Shown here one piece after another: positions 40,448-50,984 of a stretch of DNA of 64,000 nucleotides. A program made the translations under genes and the position numbers. A model generated the notes under the pieces. That model worked only from the letters and a program-made list of their open reading frames with translations, was not told where the DNA came from and did no database searches. The first letter of the stretch is position 1, and each line of letters begins with the position of its first letter. Source of the stretch: an uncultured Methylococcales bacterium (lineage in GTDB: Bacteria > Pseudomonadota > Gammaproteobacteria > Methylococcales > G963664935); assembly GCA_964653275.1 (NCBI GenBank), contig CAZZET010000007.1, forward strand, positions 13,983 to 77,982. The letters run 5' to 3'.

Positions 40448-40797
40448 AGAAGGTTTAGTATTTTATAATTAGGTGCAGGAATGTGATATCTATACTAGGT
40501 TAATTCCTAAAGCAGGCGATATTCTACCATGCCAAAACGAGATTCCCACAGCTGGTCGAAGCTCTTTCCACGGAGCTATTTTACTCCAGCCATAGGCACG
40601 GCAAAGGAAAGTAACTGTTACACAATTTTCAGGATCGAATTAGGGTAAATAGGATTAAAATTAAGGCTATTTTTATTTTCCCTAAACTTTAGTCACAACC
40701 TAAATAACTTGCCCAACCTAAACAGCAAGGTGTAATGTCTTCGCTTGATATTTTAAAAAATGGTATCAGTACTCTTTTTTTACGCAAAATATAGACA

Positions 40798-41715
40798 TTG
40801 ATCGAAGTAAGCCATCTAACCTTTGAATATACAGGCCTTAGGGCCTTAGGCGACGTATCATTCACCATAGATACGGGTAGCATTACCGCACTTGTTGGTC
40901 CCAATGGTGCGGGCAAATCCACTCTCATGCGATGCATTTGTGGCTTAGAACGGCCCTTAGCGGGTTCGATCAAAGTCAATGGTATTGATGTTATAGAGGA
41001 GCCACGTCGTAGCCATGAACACATCGGATATTTACCCGACTTCTTTGGGCTCTACAATAGCCTACGTATAGCACAATGTTTTCAATATACAGCGGAGGCC
41101 AACGGCGTCGCCAAGGTAGACCCCGATTTGATAACGAAAACCGCCAACCGACTGAATCTTTCCAATCGATTACAACAGCCGGTTGGACAACTTTCACGAG
41201 GTTTGCGTCAACGTGTCGCCATTGGACAAGCAATCATTCATGATCCAAGCGTCTTGATTTTGGACGAACCAGCAGCAGGTCTGGATCCCGAAGCACGATT
41301 TGCCCTAGCCGATTTATTCAAGAGTTTGCAAGCCGCGGGTATGACCCTGTTTGTCTCTTCGCATATCCTGGCCGAACTTGAAACCTATGCCACTGAAATG
41401 TTGGTCATTAGGCAAGGTCAGATTATTGATCATCGTCAACTGGCTCAAACGGTGACTGAACAACGGCGACTGCGTGTAGCTTTGAGTCAGCCGGATATAA
41501 GGTTGAGAACCTGGCTGGAGAATCACGCATCTATCTCAGCTGTCAAAATCGAGGGCAACAGCGCCATATTCGATTTCAGAGGCAATGAAGATGCTCAACA
41601 CCAATTGCTGAAACAACTGGTTACAGACGATTTCACACCGACACGACTAACCATTGAAAAAACGGATCTACAACAATCCTATCTTGCAACCATGAAAGAT
41701 ACACCCACACCATGA
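40798..41715 (+). CDS. ABC-2 type exporter ATP-binding subunit
   Basis: GPNGAGKST, LSRGLRQR, LILDEP and SSH. Confidence 0.93.
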   Translation: MIEVSHLTFEYTGLRALGDVSFTIDTGSITALVGPNGAGKSTLMRCICGLERPLAGSIKVNGIDVIEEPRRSHEHIGYLPDFFGLYNSLRIAQCFQYTAEANGVAKVDPDLITKTANRLNLSNRLQQPVGQLSRGLRQRVAIGQAIIHDPSVLILDEPAAGLDPEARFALADLFKSLQAAGMTLFVSSHILAELETYATEMLVIRQGQIIDHRQLAQTVTEQRRLRVALSQPDIRLRTWLENHASISAVKIEGNSAIFDFRGNEDAQHQLLKQLVTDDFTPTRLTIEKTDLQQSYLATMKDTPTP

Positions 41716-43076
41716 AACTTAATCCTGAATTCCGACGTAACCTCTGGATTGAATTATCCCCTCATCGTGTAATTCTCCTAGGTGGATTTCTAGGGACCTT
41801 ATTCATTATGGTATGGCAAGCCCCGGCGTCAATAGGAGGGAACTTTATGGGAGAACGGGCTAATTTGTTTTCCAGCACTGTTCTGGCCACGGCGTCCATG
41901 CTTATGTTTATTCTGATAAGCATAGTATGGGGCGGTTATCAGGCTGGCGAATCGATCCTAGATGAGCTTCGCTCGCGCACTTGGGATAGCCAGAAAATGT
42001 CTGCTTTAGGGCCCTGGCAAATGACTTGGGGTAAGCTGTTTGGCGCCACGATTTTGTCCTGGTATGGCGGTTTGATTTGCCTCTTTGTGTATCTATTTTC
42101 GCGCGCTCACACAGACAGCTTTCCTTTTGGAATTGGTATCATTTGTATTGCTATGGCTGTGATAGTGCAATCGGTCAACCTCATCGTCGCACTGGTCAGC
42201 ACCCGCCTGGTAAAACAGATCAAAGGCGCTCATGGGTTGCTAACTACAGTAGTTTCACTCGCCGGTATTTGGTATATCTACAAAGGTTTCGGTATCGGTG
42301 ATGGCGACAACGCATCGGTATTCTGGTACGGACAACGCACGCAAGCTCTAGATTTTTTAGTCATCTCGGTAACGAGTTTGGCAGCATGGAGTCTATTCGG
42401 ATTGTATCGAATGATGTGCATCGAACTAAAACTAGCAACGGTTCCGTGGGCTTGGGCCGCTTTCGCATTTTACCTGGCATTTTATATCGGTGGTACCTTA
42501 ACCGATGTGGGTGATGGTATTCTGGCAGTATTATCGGTGGTGGGCGCTGTCGGATTCAGTATCAGCATAACCGCAAGCTATTTAACCCTATTGATCGATT
42601 TTCAGGATCGGTTGGTTTTGCGCCGAATTCGAAGTTATATTGGCATGGGGCAGTGGAAACGAATGTTTCAAGAGCTTCCGCTTTGGTGTGTCTCATTGGC
42701 AATTGCTGCGGCTTTTTCCTTGCTGTGTTACTTATTGGCTCGTCATTTTCCTAACGTAGATACGACGGTTAGAAACGTAGGCGCTTCCGCAATACCAGTT
42801 TGGTTGTTAACCTCTAGAAATATTTTAATCCTTTTATTTTTCAGTTACGACGCGAAACCCAACAAACCGATCCTGATGACGTTGATTTATGTTTTACTGC
42901 TAGACCTATTAATTCCTGGCTTGCTAAACATATCGGGATTCGGAACGATCAGTTGGGTCGCCAGCCCGCCAGTTATGGAAAAACCATTACTATCGGCGGT
43001 AATCGCGATAATACATATCTTGATTATTTCTTGCCTCTGTTGGCAACGGTATCAAAGGAACGTTATGCCGCATTAG
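41712..43076 (+). CDS. ABC exporter permease (multi-TM)
   Basis: Many hydrophobic segments; 4-bp overlap with the ATPase gene. Confidence 0.75.
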   Translation: MKLNPEFRRNLWIELSPHRVILLGGFLGTLFIMVWQAPASIGGNFMGERANLFSSTVLATASMLMFILISIVWGGYQAGESILDELRSRTWDSQKMSALGPWQMTWGKLFGATILSWYGGLICLFVYLFSRAHTDSFPFGIGIICIAMAVIVQSVNLIVALVSTRLVKQIKGAHGLLTTVVSLAGIWYIYKGFGIGDGDNASVFWYGQRTQALDFLVISVTSLAAWSLFGLYRMMCIELKLATVPWAWAAFAFYLAFYIGGTLTDVGDGILAVLSVVGAVGFSISITASYLTLLIDFQDRLVLRRIRSYIGMGQWKRMFQELPLWCVSLAIAAAFSLLCYLLARHFPNVDTTVRNVGASAIPVWLLTSRNILILLFFSYDAKPNKPILMTLIYVLLLDLLIPGLLNISGFGTISWVASPPVMEKPLLSAVIAIIHILIISCLCWQRYQRNVMPH

Positions 43077-43277
43077 ATCGTGGTTTTGGATGGAAATAGG
43101 ACTCGTAAAAATGTTTAGGGCATTAATTTTCACTCTCACATACAAACAGGTAATGCTTGCACCTTGTTTTTTGGGTCTTTAACGACCAATAACCTGAATG
43201 TACATTACACTTTGTATCCCAATTGAGCCAAAAACTCGCTCACATCTAACGATTCCATAGACTTTTCCCTACTAACG

Positions 43278-43871
43278 ATGAAAAAAATAAATTGTATCGC
43301 ATTAATTTTCCTACTATTATCACTAATTCAAAACGTGAGCGCCGACAAAGCGATTCTTGCGGGCGGCTGCTTCTGGTGTATGGAATCAGATTTCGAAGCA
43401 TTGGAAGGGGTAAGCGACGTGGTATCAGGTTTTACCGGTGGTAGCTCAAAAAACCCAACTTACAACGGAAACCACACCGGCCATTACGAAGCGGTGGAAA
43501 TCACTTATAACGCTAAGATCGTCAATTATCAAAGCATACTAGATCATTTCTGGGTAAACATCGACCCATTCGATGATAAGGGACAATTTTGCGACAAGGG
43601 CCCAAGCTATCTTAGCGCCGTATTTGTTTCCACAAACAAAGAAAGAGCGATTGCCGAACAATCGAAACAAAAGGTGATTGAAATGTTTCCAGGCCAAACT
43701 GTCGTAACACCGATACTCGATGCTGTAACTTTTTACCCGATCATGGGGAACGAGATATACCACCAGGATTACTACAAGAATAATCCGTTACGATACAAAT
43801 ATTACCGCCGGGGATGTGGCCGCGACAAACGCCTGAAACAACTCTGGGGCAATAAGGCTACAACTCATTAG
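43278..43871 (+). CDS. msrA: Peptide methionine sulfoxide reductase A, exported
   Basis: GGCFWCME, GHYEAVE, GQFCDKG and HQDYY; N-terminal signal peptide. Confidence 0.95.
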   Translation: MKKINCIALIFLLLSLIQNVSADKAILAGGCFWCMESDFEALEGVSDVVSGFTGGSSKNPTYNGNHTGHYEAVEITYNAKIVNYQSILDHFWVNIDPFDDKGQFCDKGPSYLSAVFVSTNKERAIAEQSKQKVIEMFPGQTVVTPILDAVTFYPIMGNEIYHQDYYKNNPLRYKYYRRGCGRDKRLKQLWGNKATTH

Positions 43872-44081
43872 CCGGCGTGTTAAACGAAAATTGACGCACG
43901 ACAAACACAGGAGGAGGACAGACCCTAATTTTTAAAAACAACACAAATTTATAAGCGTCTGGAAAAATATTCACTTCTAACAATCAAATTAAAAGTAATT
44001 GACAACCCATAGGGCCTTTAGTACGATTTATCTTGACAGAAGAGGGCTTTATATCTTTCCTAATCCAACTGGGGGGTCAAA

Positions 44082-44408
44082 ATGAAGAACGGTTTATACT
44101 TGGTTACCATCATTACATTTCTTTTGATGGCTGGGGTAGTTTTTGCCCAGACCTCCCTAGTTGAGGCGAATACCGAAAATGGAGTAGTTATTGCCGAAGA
44201 GCCGCTTATTGATATCGACTCGGGAGATTATGCTAGCGTCACCTTAGTCATGTTTCTTGCTGGGGCTTTTTGTGCACTCTGGGCACAAAATAGCGGTAGA
44301 AATCCTTGGTTATGGTTTTTCCTCGGAATGCTTTTCAATTTTCTCACTGTGCTAATCATGCTGATGAAAAATTCGTCCGATCTTGATCATAAACCTTCAC
44401 CAGGATAA
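44082..44408 (+). CDS. Small membrane protein of unknown function
   Basis: RBS GGGGG, a signal-like N-terminus and two TM segments (CALWAQNSGRNPWLWFFLG). Confidence 0.65.
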   Translation: MKNGLYLVTIITFLLMAGVVFAQTSLVEANTENGVVIAEEPLIDIDSGDYASVTLVMFLAGAFCALWAQNSGRNPWLWFFLGMLFNFLTVLIMLMKNSSDLDHKPSPG

Positions 44409-44535
44409 TCGGTTTATTCTCCGAATGTCACGTCGAGAACTACTTACGAATGGATCGATAACAGCGTTATTGGATAGCGTAGTGCAACTAAGAACAAGTA
44501 AGGTTTGGGAGTAACAATTTAAACCATAAAAACCT

Positions 44536-44603
44536 TCGTAAGGCCTTGACAAGCTTGATTATTAAGGATTCGAGCTTAAAGTAAATCTGTCAAGGTTTTA
44601 CGA
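44536..44603. terminator. Long hairpin between convergent genes (bidirectional terminator or REP-like element)
   Basis: TCGTAAGGCCTTGACA...TGTCAAGGTTTTACGA (14/16 inverted) with an inner AAGCTTGA/TCGAGCTT pair. Confidence 0.5.
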
Positions 44604-44682
44604 TCTAATAGAACAAACCAAGTCTATTCGTATTTGTAGAGCTACTTGCCTTAGGGTGGTGTTAAGCCCCTAAAATTTTGTT

Positions 44683-46068
44683 TCAATTGTAATCAACTGC
44701 AGGTAACCAAGTAACCAGTTCAGGGAATAGCGCAACGATCAACAAACCTATCATTTGCAACATAACGAATGGGACAATACCTCGGTATATTTGCGACAAG
44801 GAGATGTTTTCCGGGCACACTCCTTTCAGATAAAAGAGTGCGAATCCGACGGGTGGGGTTAAAAAAGATGTTTGCAACGTAACTGCGACCAAGATGACGA
44901 ACCACAGCAGCGTAGGATGATCTACTTGCCCGAATCCATTGACTTCAATACCTAAAGTTGAAATTACCGGTTCGACGAGGGGTAAAATGATTAAGGTAAT
45001 CTCGATCCAGTCCAGGACAAAACCTAACAAAAAGATAATAAATAAAATAAATGCAATCGTTCCAAAACCTCCAAGCTCTAGGTTAGATAAAGTATTCTCG
45101 ACCACTTCGTCACCACCAAGCTCTCTTAATACTAACGAAAAACAGGTCGCGCCTACAAAAATAGCGAAAATGTAGCCGGCAGTTTTATAAGTTTCTAACA
45201 AAACCGATTGCATCGTTTCAAAGTTCAATTTTTTATAGAATGCAGCTAATAATACCGCACCTAATGCTCCAATTCCGCTAGCTTCGGTGGGCGTAGCGAT
45301 TCCCATAAAAATTGAACCGAGAACCGAGAGCATCAAACCTATGGGCGGCAGCAATGCTTTAATCAATGCAACTGTCGCTGCTTTGTCTAACGCGATGGGG
45401 TTAGCAGGCAATGGCGCATGGTGGGGTTTAAGGTAACCATAGCCAAGAATATAGCCAAGATAAAGCAACCCGAGGATTAATCCAGGCAAAACTGCACCGA
45501 GAAACAAATCGCCCACAGAAAGGCCAATTTGATCCCCAATAATTACCAACATAATGCTGGGGGGAACCAGAATCCCCAGCGTTCCGGCACTCGCCACCGT
45601 ACCTAATGCCATCGGCGGGTAATAGCCCTGTTTCAACATCGGATTCAACGATAACATTCCGAGCAACACAACCGACGCACCAATGATGCCAGTTGACGCA
45701 GCCAGTAGAATACCAATGAACATCACTGTAATTGCAAGCCCCCCATGCACACGACCGAATAATGCCTGCATAGATTCCATCAAATGGGCAGCAATCCCCG
45801 ACTTTTCCAACATGATTCCCATAAAAATAAACATGGGTAAAGCGACCAGAACCCAGTTCTCCATGAGTTGGTAAACCCGGTTTACCACAAGACCCAACGT
45901 ATTAAAATCGAGACCGGTTAGCGTCCCGAAATACAGATCCGAAACATACCCTATTGCGGCAAACCATACACCTACACCGGCTAGGACATAAGCTACTGGT
46001 ATACCCATAAACAGGAAACCGATAAAGACCACAAACATAGCAACGACCATTATCGTATTGATATCCAT
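44683..46068 (-). CDS. dctM: TRAP transporter large permease
   Basis: ALPMFIFMG, GTLGILVPPS, GIATPTEA and SFLTPPVG. Confidence 0.93.
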   Translation of the reverse strand: MDINTIMVVAMFVVFIGFLFMGIPVAYVLAGVGVWFAAIGYVSDLYFGTLTGLDFNTLGLVVNRVYQLMENWVLVALPMFIFMGIMLEKSGIAAHLMESMQALFGRVHGGLAITVMFIGILLAASTGIIGASVVLLGMLSLNPMLKQGYYPPMALGTVASAGTLGILVPPSIMLVIIGDQIGLSVGDLFLGAVLPGLILGLLYLGYILGYGYLKPHHAPLPANPIALDKAATVALIKALLPPIGLMLSVLGSIFMGIATPTEASGIGALGAVLLAAFYKKLNFETMQSVLLETYKTAGYIFAIFVGATCFSLVLRELGGDEVVENTLSNLELGGFGTIAFILFIIFLLGFVLDWIEITLIILPLVEPVISTLGIEVNGFGQVDHPTLLWFVILVAVTLQTSFLTPPVGFALFYLKGVCPENISLSQIYRGIVPFVMLQMIGLLIVALFPELVTWLPAVDYN

Positions 46069-46083
46069 TTGCTTCTTATCGAC

Positions 46084-46581
46084 CTACCGAGGTGATGAAA
46101 TCACGATCACGATATTGTGCAGTAAGCGGGCGAACGCTGCGGCGAACAGCAACCCGAAACTAATCGGAATAACAGACTTTATGAGCCAACGCCACGGCAA
46201 ACCGGTCGGTGCCGAAGAATGTTCGTTAACCCGCCAGGAATCGTATACGAATTCAAAACTATTGATCAGTACAACAATGACAAATGGAATGACAAAAACA
46301 ATGATGCCAAACATGTCCCATCTCGCACGATTTCGAGGCGACCAACGACGATAAAAGATATCAACTCGGACATCCAAGTCAATCGAAAGGTTGTACGCGA
46401 GAGCAAACATCATCGTCACCGCGTAGATATGCCATTGCAATTCTTCCAAGACGACCAATCCTTTGTTGAATCCGTAACGCAGTGCAACCTGAGCCGTGAT
46501 GACTCCCAGCAACAGGGCATTAGCCCAACAGATAACCCGCCCAAAACTTTGTATTACGGCATCGATACGATTGCTAAGCAT
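46084..46581 (-). CDS. dctQ: TRAP transporter small permease
   Basis: Four TM segments, EELQWHIY, VRVDIFY and GLPWRWLIK. Confidence 0.92.
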   Translation of the reverse strand: MLSNRIDAVIQSFGRVICWANALLLGVITAQVALRYGFNKGLVVLEELQWHIYAVTMMFALAYNLSIDLDVRVDIFYRRWSPRNRARWDMFGIIVFVIPFVIVVLINSFEFVYDSWRVNEHSSAPTGLPWRWLIKSVIPISFGLLFAAAFARLLHNIVIVISSPR

Positions 46582-46593
46582 ACCCCACTCAAC

Positions 46594-47661
46594 CTATTGG
46601 GGAGCCAATCTCGGTAAAAAAGCGTAGGTTTCCCACAACGTGTATTGCTCATGGAATGCCCGGTAATTATCCCAAACTTCTTTAAAAAACGGATCTTTGG
46701 TGGCTTCCTCAGCGGCAACCTGATGCCATGCTTCCTCGAAACGTTTGAGCATTTTGACCGACCAAATCTTGTTGTTTACACCATGTTTTTCAGCATTACG
46801 TTTCATTACCGATGCCTGGATCGCCTCAGTATATGAAAAAGATTCCAGGGTAACGGCTCGACAAGTTGTATCTAGCAGAACTTGCTGACTTTCGCTAAGG
46901 CCTTGCCAAATTTCTTGGTTCACCAGCAACTCAAAAACAGTACTCGGCTGGTGCCACCCCGGGTAATAGTTATATTTGGCGATTTTATACAACCCCAATC
47001 GCTCATCAATTGCCGGCATGGAAAATTCGGTCGCGTCGATAACGCCTTTTTCCAATGCCGGAAAAACTTCAGCAGCGGGTAATAGACTGGTCGATACACC
47101 GAGCTTTTCCATAACCTTTGCACCCAGGCCGAAAAAACGCATACGCAATCCGTTTAGGTCTTCCGCTGTTTGGACAGGTTGCTTGAACCATCCAGAGGTT
47201 TCAGGGCCAATCAAGCCACATAGCAGAGAATGGACTGTATAGCCTGATTTGTCATACATTGTTTGACGCAATGTATTACCATCGCCGTGATACAGCCACG
47301 CCAGATACTCACCAGCTTCCGGACCAAAAGGAAATGAGGAAAAAAATGGCGCGGCCGACATTTTGCCAGCCCAGAAACCTGGTGTAGCATAGCCAGCCGA
47401 AATTTTTTTTCGAGATACTGCGTCCAATACTTCTAACGGTCCCACCAACTTATTGGGTTCGTATACTTTAAGCCTAACCTTATTGTCGGTGATAATAGAT
47501 ATTTTTTCGGCAATCCATAGCAGATTAGTCCCAAGACCTGGAAGATTAGTAGGATACGTGCTTTGTACTTTCAATAGTACCGGTCTGGACTCTGACACTG
47601 CAGTTGCACTTATCGATAACAACATCAAAACTAACACCGCTTTAAAGATTTCAATCCTCAT
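46594..47661 (-). CDS. dctP: TRAP substrate-binding protein (TakP-like)
   Basis: GLRMRFFGLG, ALEKGVIDATEFS and YYPGWHQP. Confidence 0.9.
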   Translation of the reverse strand: MRIEIFKAVLVLMLLSISATAVSESRPVLLKVQSTYPTNLPGLGTNLLWIAEKISIITDNKVRLKVYEPNKLVGPLEVLDAVSRKKISAGYATPGFWAGKMSAAPFFSSFPFGPEAGEYLAWLYHGDGNTLRQTMYDKSGYTVHSLLCGLIGPETSGWFKQPVQTAEDLNGLRMRFFGLGAKVMEKLGVSTSLLPAAEVFPALEKGVIDATEFSMPAIDERLGLYKIAKYNYYPGWHQPSTVFELLVNQEIWQGLSESQQVLLDTTCRAVTLESFSYTEAIQASVMKRNAEKHGVNNKIWSVKMLKRFEEAWHQVAAEEATKDPFFKEVWDNYRAFHEQYTLWETYAFLPRLAPQ

Positions 47662-47729
47662 TCCATTCTCCCGTAGGCTTCGTTACTCAAGACCTTCGAC
47701 ATGTATTAAACAACCAAAGATTCACCAGA

Positions 47730-48431
47730 CTAAACACTAAAAGTCAGCAATTCATGCAGCAATTCTTTATCCTGATAATGTGATTCAGCAGACCCGAAGC
47801 CTTGTCTTAAAGCCTGGCCAAAAAGCGCACTGCGGGTCTCCTGATAGTCGTACGCAATAACATGGTCTTGAATCAAATTAATGTCTTCCTCGGTCAAAGC
47901 TTTCCAATGCTGTTTTAAATGGGTTATATATCGGTAAAGAAACTGAGCGCGTGTTTCATTTTCGCCTCGCACAGGATCACAAATGATCAAATGACCCTGG
48001 TCATTCAGAACCCTTCTCGCTAATTGAAAGAAACGCTCTTTTTGTTCGACACCCAAATGATGGAGTGAAAAGCCAACAAATACCACATCGACCTTCTGAC
48101 CAAAGTGCTCCACAAAATGGCAAAACTCAGCTTGATGAAAACTTTTTTGAAAAAGAGCCTTGGCCAAGTTTTTTTCAGCCAGTTGGAGTGCAATTTCAGA
48201 CAAATCAACACCCACATAGCGACTAATTGGGACTCGATCGAGTTTCTTAGCAGTAAAATAAGCATCACCACACCCCAAATCAAGTACGGTAATCGGTTTG
48301 GTGAAAAATTTGGAAAGAAGAGAATGTAGCTTTTCACCAATCTCTTCATGATGCATATAGTTATATTGGATAAGTTTTTTATAAAGATTCCATTGATCAA
48401 AAAATGCTTTAATCTCGGCTTCAGTATCCAT
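47730..48431 (-). CDS. Class I SAM-dependent methyltransferase
   Basis: VLDLGCGDA, GVDLS and FSLHHL. Confidence 0.88.
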   Translation of the reverse strand: MDTEAEIKAFFDQWNLYKKLIQYNYMHHEEIGEKLHSLLSKFFTKPITVLDLGCGDAYFTAKKLDRVPISRYVGVDLSEIALQLAEKNLAKALFQKSFHQAEFCHFVEHFGQKVDVVFVGFSLHHLGVEQKERFFQLARRVLNDQGHLIICDPVRGENETRAQFLYRYITHLKQHWKALTEEDINLIQDHVIAYDYQETRSALFGQALRQGFGSAESHYQDKELLHELLTFSV

Positions 48432-48506
48432 GGTTATTTTTCATTTTACCGGATTCATCACTACAGCAGCCCTCTGGACGAAAATTGTTGCTGGAAACCT
48501 ACCCTA

Positions 48507-49208
48507 TCACTTTTTGAAGCAAATCAATGCGTATACCTGATTCGGTCCCGTAAATAAGACCCGAGACCGGACAAATCCAGATTGCCTCCCCAAAGATTGC
48601 CAGTTTGACAGCGTTTCTGGAAAATCAAACTCGCGAATATGCGCATCAACTTCATTGTATTCCGCTGCGCTCAACCCAGTTCCATTGTTTCGAACCAACT
48701 CCATGTTGCGGTTCAGAAAGTCGCTTCGGACTTCGCCTTCAAGGAGCGTAGGTTCATATATAAGGAACTTGCCGTCCTTATCCATCAACCTGTAGATATT
48801 TTCAATTAGCTGTTTTTTTTCGATAGTGCATAAATGGTGCAAGGATAAACCAATCCAAACGATATCTGCACATTCTGTCCTCTGACGCATTTCGTCGACG
48901 AAGTCAGCTTGTTCAAGTTCACTCGTACATTTCAAATTTTGTAGATTCCGATTGGCTAATTGAAGTGCTTCCCCAGCCAAATCTATTCCTTGGTAGTGAA
49001 CGATTTGAGTTTCTGAAAGCGCTTGAACCGACTCTTTAGCATCACCACAAGCCAAGTCGAGAAACCGAAAAGGCCGATTAAGATCCTCCACTAAAAACCG
49101 ATTGAGCGTTTGGTAGGCCTCCCGATGATTAAGATAATTACCTTCAACGACCTTACGGTAAATGTTCCACTGTTGTTTAAAAAAATCTGTTGCGTCCAAA
49201 TTGATCAA
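48507..49208 (-). CDS. Class I SAM-dependent methyltransferase, tandem paralogue
   Basis: FLDLACGDA, GIDLA and LSLHHL; same 233-aa length as its neighbour. Confidence 0.88.
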   Translation of the reverse strand: MINLDATDFFKQQWNIYRKVVEGNYLNHREAYQTLNRFLVEDLNRPFRFLDLACGDAKESVQALSETQIVHYQGIDLAGEALQLANRNLQNLKCTSELEQADFVDEMRQRTECADIVWIGLSLHHLCTIEKKQLIENIYRLMDKDGKFLIYEPTLLEGEVRSDFLNRNMELVRNNGTGLSAAEYNEVDAHIREFDFPETLSNWQSLGRQSGFVRSRVLFTGPNQVYALICFKK

Positions 49209-49595
49209 TACCTCTGGCTTGCTATCCGAGAATATAAGTCACCGCTTGGGAAAGCATTTTTTCGATTAATTTAGGCGAATATCGTGTCTATTACACAGCA
49301 CTTTCGCCGGGCACGGATTAGTACCGCTTAAAGCGACACCGAAAATTTAAAATATTAGGGATGTAATTTATCAATTTTAATCGGAAATATGGGCCGAAAC
49401 CCACTTTCCCGTAGTAGCCTTCCTAGGCTCGAGCAGCCTCGTACGTGCCTTCCGTCGAATCTTGGTCGATCTAACCCAAAAAATAGGTCATATATAGAAC
49501 TACAAAATGCCTCCACCATAAACCAATGTCATTTTTAAAGTCTACACAAATTCAAAACCCATTAGAAAACTAGCGATTCGCAGACATTCGCCTTA

Positions 49596-50720
49596 TCAAG
49601 GATATCTATTTCCAGGTCTTTGAACCAAACTTGCATCGATATCTATAACCTTGGAGCAACCACTGAGAGCCATTGCTGTATCAAATTCCTCCATCAATAG
49701 CTTAAGCATAGAGTAGACACCGCTTTCTCCACCCCAAGCTAATCCCCAGAAAATAGGACGGCCTAGCAACACCGCCTTAGCTCCTAACGCTAATGCGGTA
49801 AGAACATCTGTACCACGGCGAATTCCGCCATCCATCAACACTTCGACACGGCCTTCGACGGCGATCGCCACTTCACTTAGGGCATCGATAGAGGCAACTA
49901 CACCATCTAACTGCCGACCGCCATGATTTGACACAACAATACCATGGGCACCGTGGCTCACCGCTTTCAACGCATCATCCGCACGTAAAATGCCTTTAAC
50001 CACAATTGGCAAATCGGTAATCGACCGTAGCCAACTAAGGTCATCCCAGCTGAGACCGGGATCAATTTGCTCAGCAAAGTAGCTCAAAAGCCCATAGTTC
50101 CCATCGGTTAAAGGATGCATGTGCTTACCCAGAGTAGTCAAATTGGCGAGCTGCATTCCAGAGGGCAAACCAAATTGATTTCGCTTTTCACGTTCCCGTA
50201 GCCCAAGAACTGGTGCATCGACTGTCAGACACAAGGCTTGATATCCAGCTTCTTGGGCGCGTTCAACGAGTGTCCGCGTTAAGCCACGATCACGGTGAAC
50301 GTAAAGCTGGAACCAGAGGCTTCGGTTTGGTACTGCATTATTTGACCTATCAGCAAATTCTCCTATCGCGACTTCTTCGAGACTCTTAGTCGACATGGTG
50401 CTCAAAACCATCGTAGTTCCGATTTTTTCCGCCGCTTTCACAGTGGCAAGCTCGCCATCCGGATGCGCTAGACAATGAAATGCTGTAGGAGCAATGATGA
50501 CGGGAAAGGAGATGTTTTGTCCAAAAATCTGAGTACTCAAATCTCTCTTTTTTACATCAACTAATACTTTCGGGTGCAAACGATAGTCTGAAAAAGCCTC
50601 TCGATTACGATTTAGGGTTCTCTCATCACCCGCCCCACCAGCAATGTAGTCAAATGCCACCTTCGAGAGACGCTTTGCTGCGAACGTTTCATACTCGCAC
50701 AGGTTGATTGGTTTAACCAT
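49596..50720 (-). CDS. FMN-dependent alpha-hydroxy-acid oxidase (lactate/glycolate oxidase-like)
   Basis: DYIAGGA, WFQLY, LTVD, VVKGI, SNHGGRQLD and DGGIRRGTD. Confidence 0.93.
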   Translation of the reverse strand: MVKPINLCEYETFAAKRLSKVAFDYIAGGAGDERTLNRNREAFSDYRLHPKVLVDVKKRDLSTQIFGQNISFPVIIAPTAFHCLAHPDGELATVKAAEKIGTTMVLSTMSTKSLEEVAIGEFADRSNNAVPNRSLWFQLYVHRDRGLTRTLVERAQEAGYQALCLTVDAPVLGLREREKRNQFGLPSGMQLANLTTLGKHMHPLTDGNYGLLSYFAEQIDPGLSWDDLSWLRSITDLPIVVKGILRADDALKAVSHGAHGIVVSNHGGRQLDGVVASIDALSEVAIAVEGRVEVLMDGGIRRGTDVLTALALGAKAVLLGRPIFWGLAWGGESGVYSMLKLLMEEFDTAMALSGCSKVIDIDASLVQRPGNRYP

Positions 50721-50984
50721 GTTGTTCTTGGCTTTTAGATGCAGAATTGTAACTATACTAAAAGGCCGCCCGAGAAGAGATAGCCTCCAAAATCAATTGT
50801 GGGAAAAACCAAGGTCTACATATAACCTTTACCGAAGATTTCTTATTTCCACGCCTCCCAAAACAGCCCTTTTTAAAACACTTGCTCCAATACAAACCAC
50901 AACATGTTGTATCTGCGAAAAACGACCATTTTCTAGAAGGTGGTCAGAGTCCCGGAAAGGGAATCGACCAACCTAATGTTAAAT

